Shown here: piece after piece, positions 57,637 through 64,000 of the stretch
How positions within the stretch are numbered: the stretch's first letter is position 1
How the letters are laid out: the number at the start of each line of letters is the position of its first letter
Source: an uncultured Clostridia bacterium
GTDB taxonomy: Bacteria > Bacillota > Clostridia > Oscillospirales > Acutalibacteraceae
DNA: 64,000 nt
Direction of reading: 5' to 3'
NCBI GenBank assembly: GCA_947589365.1
Contig: CANQAJ010000001.1
Location: 11,605-75,604, forward strand
Program-made: the position numbers and the translations under genes
Notes under the pieces: generated by a model
The model's database searches: none
Told to the model about the DNA's origin: nothing
The model's input: only the letters and a program-made list of their open reading frames with translations

Positions 57637-59055
57637 TTATTTTATAATAACCGAAATATCCTCGGTTTTTACTGATGTCGGTACATTTTCGATAAGAGCC
57701 GAAAAGCCGTAATCCGATTTTTCGGAAAGACCTAAAAGTTCTGTTTCACATATCGGAAATGCTTCATAAAAGCTTTCGTTTCCTTTGTCTTTTATGGAAA
57801 TATATATTCTTGATTTATCACCAATCAGGGATTCATCAAGTAATCCGTATATTCTGATACCGTTTCCTTCTTTTTTCGATTCAATTATATTTTTTTCATC
57901 GGATTTTATAGTATTGCCACTCACCTGCTCAACCTCGGGTGCATATATCATCGGAGCGTTATCCGTTACGGTTGTCAGGTTTCTTTCAACAACTTCATAT
58001 ATTACATCATCATAATGCTTTACATCAATATCCGTGAGGTTAAAGCTCCTGTACCTTGTTATATAGGCAGATCTGTAATTTGAGGTGAGAAACGGCAGCA
58101 TTGCCCTGCCAAAGGAATCACGGCTTATATAGAGTGAACCTTTACCCTTTGCATTCATTGTGCGGATAACGGTATCCTGCTGTTCCTTGTCACTCATAAG
58201 CTCTTCCATAAGCTCATCATTGGCAAGCTGTGAACGCGGCTGTAAAAATCTTATACCCGTCAGATCTACGTCAAAATAATACTGCATACAGCTTTTCGGA
58301 GCAGACGGATACAGCATTTTGGATATATCGCCGTACCAATCGTTCCTTGTGCTGTAATCTGTTCCCGAAAATGTTTCATGCTCATTCCCAAGGGAACTCA
58401 TTATGGCATTGTATCCGTAAAGTGCCCCTAAATTATTCCAATGTGTATCACATTTCAGATATACCTGCTGCCCTTTTTCTTTCTGCTTCTCAAGCTCGTT
58501 TTTCAGACTTACATAATTTACACCATACTCTTCAAGATATCCCTCAAGTTTTGTAAGGGTATTTTCGTCCGAGCGTGTATATCCGTTCGGCATATATTCG
58601 GGGTATATACTGTTCTTATCGGGAGCTGCCGCAAAAACGAACTTCGCATTATGTCCGCTTACATAATCCTGCATTATACGCAAGGTTTCGGCAATATTGT
58701 ATATTGCTCTTTTTGACGGCATTACACCGATATAATCATCAACGGTCTCTTCCGAAAAAAGCCATCCGTCAAGACCGGATATTACGCCGTTTGCGGATTT
58801 ACCGAGCATATCCGAAGATAACATATTATTTGCTGTTATTATCTCCCTGCGGAACGGCATCTGCTGCGTAAACCATGTATCAAATTCATTTCCGAAGTTT
58901 TCGTTTACTTTACCGTTTTCCGTAAGTGACGGCATTTCAGCCGCATCTTCCTTTCCGACAGCACCGGAGGAGCTGACAAAGGGCATAATCAGAAGCGGAA
59001 CACAACACAGCACTATAAAGACTGAAATATAAATAATTCTTATTGTTTTATTCAT
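57637..59055 (-). CDS. AlgX/AlgJ-like (SGNH-like) extracytoplasmic O-acyltransferase partner
   Basis: An N-terminal TM anchor is present. The motif KCDTHWNNLGALYGY is a DxHW motif characteristic of AlgJ/AlgX/DltD-like proteins. The gene lies 11 nt downstream of the MBOAT gene. Confidence 0.65.
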   Translation of the reverse strand: MNKTIRIIYISVFIVLCCVPLLIMPFVSSSGAVGKEDAAEMPSLTENGKVNENFGNEFDTWFTQQMPFRREIITANNMLSSDMLGKSANGVISGLDGWLFSEETVDDYIGVMPSKRAIYNIAETLRIMQDYVSGHNAKFVFAAAPDKNSIYPEYMPNGYTRSDENTLTKLEGYLEEYGVNYVSLKNELEKQKEKGQQVYLKCDTHWNNLGALYGYNAIMSSLGNEHETFSGTDYSTRNDWYGDISKMLYPSAPKSCMQYYFDVDLTGIRFLQPRSQLANDELMEELMSDKEQQDTVIRTMNAKGKGSLYISRDSFGRAMLPFLTSNYRSAYITRYRSFNLTDIDVKHYDDVIYEVVERNLTTVTDNAPMIYAPEVEQVSGNTIKSDEKNIIESKKEGNGIRIYGLLDESLIGDKSRIYISIKDKGNESFYEAFPICETELLGLSEKSDYGFSALIENVPTSVKTEDISVIIK

Positions 59056-59066
59056 ACTTCCACTCC

Positions 59067-60482
59067 TCAGAATCTGAAATAAATGAACGGGTTATATGTT
59101 GATGAATACAGATTCATAACACACAATAAAAACAACACCAATGTTATTGCACTTCCTATATATTCACCTGTTGCCGTTTTGCCTTTCTTTTTAAGTATTA
59201 CGGTAAGCCGGGGAATAACGGGCAGTGAAAAAATAACGGCAAAAACCGCAATAAGCAACATATACGGCGTAAATGCCAAAGAATAAACTCTGCTGCTGAG
59301 TATTCCGGCAGACGAGAAATTCGTAAACATTCCGATTATGTACGACACCGCATTTCCAAGACTGTCGGCACGGAAAAAAATGAACGCAAACATAGTAACA
59401 AGAAGTACATAAATATGTGAAACTATCTTTGCCGCAAGTTGTTTCTTTTTAACAAAGAATATAACACCATATTGCTCAAGCAGGAGAAACAATCCGTGTA
59501 TAAGTCCCCATACAATAAAGGTGAGGTTTGCTCCGTGCCAAAGACCTGTCAGAAAGAATACTATACACTTATTAATACTTGTACGGATTTTGCCCTTCCT
59601 GTTTCCTCCAAGCGGAATATATACATATTCCTTGAACCAGGTTGAAACCGATATATTCCATTTCCTCCAGAAATCCTGCATAGAATCGGCTCCGAACGGG
59701 TAATTGAAATTTTCCCTTAATTCAAATCCGAACATTTTGCCGAGACCTATTGCCATATCGCTGTATCCGCTGAAATCAAAGAATATTTGCAGCATATATG
59801 CGGCAGCTCCGAGCCATAGTGCGGGAGATGACATATCCCCTGTAGGGTTATCAAACGCAGCATCCGCAATTTGTGCTGCTGCGTTTGCTATAAGAACCTT
59901 TTTTGAAAGTCCGCATATAAACCTGCGGATACCTGAAGCTGTTTTTTCTGCTGTAATACTTCGTTCGTTTATTTGTTCTGCAATATCGGAAAATTTTACT
60001 ATAGGACCCGCAATAAGCTGTGGGAACAAAGATATATACAGGAATATATTAAGAATATTTTTTTCCTTTAATTCGGGCTGTTTATATACATCAATCACAT
60101 AGGACATTGCCTGAAATGTAAAAAAGGAAATACCGACCGGTAAATCAATAACCGGGACAGGAACATTCAGTCCCGTTATATCATCAAAAAGGCTTATGCT
60201 GAAGCTCAGATATTTAAAAACATAAAGCATGGCAATGTTAAAAATAACCGATGCTGTCAGCAATAATTTTTTATATTTCCCTGCCATTCCAAGACCGAAA
60301 AAATAATTTGCTATTATGGATATAATCATCAGAAATACAGCCACAGGTTCACCGTAGGCATAAAATACAAGACTTGCAATAATGAGAAGTATGTTTCTGA
60401 CGGTTATTTTTTTACAAACAAGGTAGAGAATATATGTTACCGGTAAAAATATAAACAAAAAAACAGTTGAACTGAATACCAT
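59067..60482 (-). CDS. MBOAT family membrane-bound O-acyltransferase (AlgI/DltB-like)
   Basis: The polytopic protein carries the conserved His region FFLTGLWHGANLTFIVWG. Confidence 0.9.
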   Translation of the reverse strand: MVFSSTVFLFIFLPVTYILYLVCKKITVRNILLIIASLVFYAYGEPVAVFLMIISIIANYFFGLGMAGKYKKLLLTASVIFNIAMLYVFKYLSFSISLFDDITGLNVPVPVIDLPVGISFFTFQAMSYVIDVYKQPELKEKNILNIFLYISLFPQLIAGPIVKFSDIAEQINERSITAEKTASGIRRFICGLSKKVLIANAAAQIADAAFDNPTGDMSSPALWLGAAAYMLQIFFDFSGYSDMAIGLGKMFGFELRENFNYPFGADSMQDFWRKWNISVSTWFKEYVYIPLGGNRKGKIRTSINKCIVFFLTGLWHGANLTFIVWGLIHGLFLLLEQYGVIFFVKKKQLAAKIVSHIYVLLVTMFAFIFFRADSLGNAVSYIIGMFTNFSSAGILSSRVYSLAFTPYMLLIAVFAVIFSLPVIPRLTVILKKKGKTATGEYIGSAITLVLFLLCVMNLYSSTYNPFIYFRF

Positions 60483-60568
60483 TCAAACCTCCGGAAATTA
60501 TATTTACGGACAGCAGTCAGTCTGAAGTAAAACGATAAATAATCTCCGGACTGACTGTGTTATTAATT

Positions 60569-62704
60569 TTACTGTGCCTTCGGGTATTTGCTTCTGTCCC
60601 ATTTCAGGCATATTGCCATACGTGCATCTGTTGTAAGATATGAAAATCCTATTTCCTGCACGGAAGTCGGGTCGATATGCCGCCAACCTTCATCCGTCTT
60701 TACAATTACCCAGTTATGCGGACCCCTTGGTGTTTTTCCGTCGGTAACACGCACGGTTTCATAACCTATACGGTTAAGGAGATAATTCAGAAGACTTGCT
60801 CGCTGATAGCAGGCTCCGCGTCTGTATTTCATAATATATACAATATTATCCTCGTAGCTGTAATTTGCACAATGAACATATCCTAACTGCTGAACATAAA
60901 TATAAAGTGAATACATGGACTTTCCTTGCCGGAATATTATATCGTCTGCAACATCATCAATTGTTGATTTTGTAATTGCGGAATAATTCTTATAATTCCC
61001 GAGGGCAAGATTATATATGTACCCGGAATAATTTTTATATCTTACCATAAACCAATGCCCGGAGGTCTTAATAACATTTATGCCTGCATTTTTCGGAATA
61101 TTTGTTACGGTTTTTGATTTCCAATTCGGAGATGACTGAAGAAGTGTTTTCGCCCTGACATACTTTGAAGTACTGCTGTATACCGATATTTTAAAACTTT
61201 TGGAAAGAATTTTGCCCGTTCCGTCCTTGACCTGAACACGGACATAATATACCCCGTTGCCATTAAATTTAAAATTATGGGTTGATGCGGTTGTATAACC
61301 TCCGCTGTATGTCCAGCTCTTTCCTTCCTTGTGATAAGAATAACGATATTTTGCCGTTCCCGAAGCATATGATGTTTTTGCGGTCAGCTTTGTTTTTGAA
61401 CCTGCCTTAAGAAGGCTGCTGCTAACCTTTGAACCGCTTATATTCAATTGTTTTACAGTTATTTTAAACTGCTTTGATATAACCTTACCTGCTGAATCCT
61501 TTGCTTGAACACGCACATAGTATGTTCCGGCTGCCGAAAATTTAAAGCTATGCTTACTGCTGCTTGTATAAGAGCCTGCATATGTCCAGCTTTTCCCTGA
61601 CTTATGGTAGGAATAGCGATACTGTACTTTTCCGTAATTATATTGTGTTTTTGCTGTCAGCGTGACATTCTGTTTTATTTTAGCCGTGGTTATATTCGTC
61701 TTTGTATTATTCAGACTTAATGTTTTTACATTAACCGTAAAAGTTTTTCCTATATATTTTCCCGTATAATCCTTAACACCTATCCTTACCGTATATTTTC
61801 CCGCTTTTTTCGGCATATTGAAGATAGTTGTATTTTCATATTTGTAATGTTCATCAGCTTTTATCCAATCGCCCGTACCGCTTCTGTATGATACATAATA
61901 CTTATATGGTGCCGTACCTCCCGTTACTGCGGCAGTTGTTTTTATGCTTCCTCCAAGTGCTACATTTGTCGCACTGATTTTACTTTTACCCTGACTTAAG
62001 GATTTCCCTGTGGGATTTGTTACGGCAGCATTTATATTTTTAGAAAGCGTATTTCCCCTCGCATCCTTTACGGTTACACGAATAGTATAATATGCCGCAG
62101 CTTTTGGAAATGCATATGTATAGCTGTCGTGTTCTGAAAAATCGGAGGCAACAACCCACGCCCCGTTTTCCTTTTTATATGAATATCTGTATGTATATGG
62201 CTCTACTCCGCCTTTGAATGAGGATTTGGCAATTATTTTGCCGCCGATTTTAACAGCAGTGTTGTTAAGTTTTGTCCCGTTGTCCGAAAGCTTATCATAC
62301 ACATTGACCTTTTCCGATACCTGCGTATATGCTCCATCGGAATCCGTAACATTGACAACTATCAAATATGTTCCTGCCGTATCGAATTTATAGGTGTATG
62401 TATTTTTGTCAACATCCCGAGCAACGCTCACCAACGATCCGTAATTCCGCATATACATATAGGTATATTTATATTCACCTGTGCCTCCGACTGCATTAAC
62501 GGTTACAGCAAAATCCTTTTTTGTTTGTACATACTCGCCCTGTTTATCTATTTCAGCAGACAAAGGCTCATCGGTTACTTCACTGCTCTGACCGGTAGAT
62601 GTTCCTCCGACTTCCGCAGCATTTGCTGTAAACGTGAAAACCGAAAACATCACAGCCATAAATGAAAGCAGTATCATAATTCTCCCGGATATTCTACTTT
62701 TCAT
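60569..62704 (-). CDS. Secreted multidomain protein: five Y_Y_Y-type Ig-like repeats, SH3b, and a transglutaminase-like cysteine protease core
   Basis: The signal peptide is MKSRISGRIMILLSFMAVMFSVFTFTANA, with AGGAGG upstream of ATG 62704. Five repeats of about 90 aa carry motifs such as KYRYSYHKEGKSWTY...YYVRVQVKD. An SH3b-like segment (GHWFMVRYKNYSGYIYN) follows. The C/H/D core is YRRGACYQ, PHNW, HIDPT. Confidence 0.8.
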   Translation of the reverse strand: MKSRISGRIMILLSFMAVMFSVFTFTANAAEVGGTSTGQSSEVTDEPLSAEIDKQGEYVQTKKDFAVTVNAVGGTGEYKYTYMYMRNYGSLVSVARDVDKNTYTYKFDTAGTYLIVVNVTDSDGAYTQVSEKVNVYDKLSDNGTKLNNTAVKIGGKIIAKSSFKGGVEPYTYRYSYKKENGAWVVASDFSEHDSYTYAFPKAAAYYTIRVTVKDARGNTLSKNINAAVTNPTGKSLSQGKSKISATNVALGGSIKTTAAVTGGTAPYKYYVSYRSGTGDWIKADEHYKYENTTIFNMPKKAGKYTVRIGVKDYTGKYIGKTFTVNVKTLSLNNTKTNITTAKIKQNVTLTAKTQYNYGKVQYRYSYHKSGKSWTYAGSYTSSSKHSFKFSAAGTYYVRVQAKDSAGKVISKQFKITVKQLNISGSKVSSSLLKAGSKTKLTAKTSYASGTAKYRYSYHKEGKSWTYSGGYTTASTHNFKFNGNGVYYVRVQVKDGTGKILSKSFKISVYSSTSKYVRAKTLLQSSPNWKSKTVTNIPKNAGINVIKTSGHWFMVRYKNYSGYIYNLALGNYKNYSAITKSTIDDVADDIIFRQGKSMYSLYIYVQQLGYVHCANYSYEDNIVYIMKYRRGACYQRASLLNYLLNRIGYETVRVTDGKTPRGPHNWVIVKTDEGWRHIDPTSVQEIGFSYLTTDARMAICLKWDRSKYPKAQ
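61212..61706. repeat. Near-identical 495 bp direct repeat, copy 1 (inside the 60569-62704 gene)
   Basis: The copy aligns with 63506-64000 at a constant offset of 2294. I saw no differences across 61212 to about 61590, and 5 substitutions in the last ~115 bp. The repeat is truncated by the window edge. Confidence 0.9.
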
Positions 62705-62770
62705 GTAAATTCCTCCTAAACAAACTATATCTATTATACACAAAAATAAAATATATTTCAATAATTAAAA

Positions 62771-62815
62771 TAAAAAAGGGAAATTTCCACAAAATAGTTT
62801 TTGTTGAAATCTCCC
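62771..62815 (-). terminator. Rho-independent terminator after the upstream transglutaminase-like paralog
   Basis: On the minus strand the stem gggagatttc / gaaatttccc (one G-U pair) is followed by tttttta. Confidence 0.6.
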
Positions 62816-62853
62816 TGTTTATTAATTATTTCATAGGATGAAATTTACATATA

Positions 62854-64000
62854 TCACGGTGCTTTCGGATATTTGTTTCTGTTCCATGAAAAGTACGGTG
62901 CTATACGTGCATCATTTACAAGGTACATTTTACCCAATCCTATGACGGGTGTGGGATCTATATGCTTCCAACCTGACGATGTTTTTACCATACACCAGTT
63001 ATGAGGACTGCCTCCTGTATATTTATCAATACCGTCATTAATTCTGACTGTTTGGAAACCTGCCCGATCCAGTAAATAATATAAAAGTGCGGCTCTCTGA
63101 TAGCAGGCACCTCGTCTGTATTTCAAAATATATACACATAAATCCTCAAGCGAACCGTTGCTTGCATTGGAATATGACATACTGTTGACATAATTATACA
63201 GATTGGGTATAGATTTACCGTATGTGAATATAATATCATCCGCAATGGTCGGAAGTGTGGATTTTGATATTACACTGTAATTCAATCCTCCGCCGAATAC
63301 ACGATTATAAATATATCCTACGGTTTTTTTATATCTTACCATATACCAATTTCCGCTTTGTTTTATTACATTGACCTTTGTGTTTTTCGGTATGCCCGAA
63401 ACGGATGCATACTTCCAGCCTGCACTTTTTTGAAGTGTTGTATATATGCGTGTGGTCGATGTTTTTTTATTATAGACATTTATCTTGAACTGTTTTGCTA
63501 AAACCTTGCCCGTTCCGTCCTTGACCTGAACACGGACATAATATACCCCGTTGCCATTAAATTTAAAATTATGGGTTGATGCGGTTGTATAACCTCCGCT
63601 GTATGTCCAGCTCTTTCCTTCCTTGTGATAAGAATAACGATATTTTGCCGTTCCCGAAGCATATGATGTTTTTGCGGTCAGCTTTGTTTTTGAACCTGCC
63701 TTAAGAAGGCTGCTGCTAACCTTTGAACCGCTTATATTCAATTGTTTTACAGTTATTTTAAACTGCTTTGATATAACCTTACCTGCTGAATCCTTTGCTT
63801 GAACACGCACATAGTATGTTCCGGCTGCCGAAAATTTAAAGCTATGCTTACTGCTGCTTGTATAAGAGCCTGCATATGTCCAGCTTTTTCCCGACTTATG
63901 GTAGGAGTAGCGGTACTGTACTTTTCCGTAATTATATTGTGTTTTTGCTGTCAGCGTGACATTTTGTTTTATTTTAGCCGTGGTTATATTCGTCTTTGTA
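62854..64000 (-). CDS. Paralogous secreted Y_Y_Y-repeat / SH3b / transglutaminase-like protein (partial, 5' end outside the window)
   Basis: The reading frame stays open to the window edge, and the ORF-track M at 63810 is an internal GTG Val codon. The C-terminal architecture is the same: GNWYMVRYKKTVGYIYN, YRRGACYQ, PHNW, HIDPT. Confidence 0.8.
   Translation of the reverse strand, partial: TKTNITTAKIKQNVTLTAKTQYNYGKVQYRYSYHKSGKSWTYAGSYTSSSKHSFKFSAAGTYYVRVQAKDSAGKVISKQFKITVKQLNISGSKVSSSLLKAGSKTKLTAKTSYASGTAKYRYSYHKEGKSWTYSGGYTTASTHNFKFNGNGVYYVRVQVKDGTGKVLAKQFKINVYNKKTSTTRIYTTLQKSAGWKYASVSGIPKNTKVNVIKQSGNWYMVRYKKTVGYIYNRVFGGGLNYSVISKSTLPTIADDIIFTYGKSIPNLYNYVNSMSYSNASNGSLEDLCVYILKYRRGACYQRAALLYYLLDRAGFQTVRINDGIDKYTGGSPHNWCMVKTSSGWKHIDPTPVIGLGKMYLVNDARIAPYFSWNRNKYPKAP
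63506..64000. repeat. Near-identical 495 bp direct repeat, copy 2 (inside the partial paralog)
   Basis: See copy 1. Immediately 3' of the block (below 61212 / 63506) the two genes drop to clearly diverged sequence. Confidence 0.9.

Noticed and set aside
60483-60568. An inverted repeat (cagtcagtc / gactgactg) lies downstream of the transglutaminase-like gene and might be a terminator.
   Set aside because: The loop is about 26 nt and no T-run follows on the minus strand, so it does not fit a rho-independent terminator. It may be incidental, and I did not report it as a feature.
1-64000. A search by eye for CRISPR arrays, tRNA or rRNA genes, IS elements, integrases, and prophage or toxin-antitoxin modules.
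   Set aside because: I found none. All intergenic regions are short or AT-rich without cloverleaf-like GC-rich segments or spaced direct repeats, and no ORF shows transposase, integrase or phage structural signatures. A tRNAscan or Infernal run would be needed for certainty.

Overview
The window looks like a chromosomal segment of an AT-rich Gram-positive genome. I infer a Clostridia-type organism from the gene content: a T-box leader, a DnaD/DnaI loader pair, yaaT/ricT, DegV and LCP genes. I count about 55 protein genes, most of them on the minus strand, plus one T-box riboswitch. I found no rRNA, tRNA, CRISPR array, transposase or integrase.

The left two thirds are housekeeping genes:
- nrdD (3' end) and nrdG, rubrerythrin, yaaT, holB
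- an alanine:cation symporter, a small alarmone synthetase, alaS behind an Ala T-box
- rnr, degV, dnaD/dnaI, cca, secG, parC/parE, uvrB
- a U32 peptidase, ftsEX with an M23 hydrolase, sbcCD, a DUF368 membrane protein, and two LCP paralogs

The right third looks accessory:
- A Hen1-Pnkp RNA repair cassette is preceded, in the same orientation, by two WYL-domain regulator-like genes. This is my best candidate for an undescribed regulatory or sensing module.
- An MBOAT / AlgX-like / lipoprotein operon follows.
- Two paralogous secreted transglutaminase-like proteins (Y_Y_Y repeats, SH3b) share a 495 bp block that is nearly identical against an otherwise diverged background.

Other structure I could see directly:
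- A tandem duplication sits between parE and parC. It duplicated a small 4-TM protein gene and left a fused relic of the parC start and the parE end.
- A roughly 300 bp relic of a two-component system remains (response-regulator N-terminus joined to a histidine-kinase C-terminus).
- SecG carries a long acidic Ser/Thr-rich tail.
- Several in-frame tandem or low-complexity repeats are present.

All family assignments come from motif recognition by eye. No database search was run.
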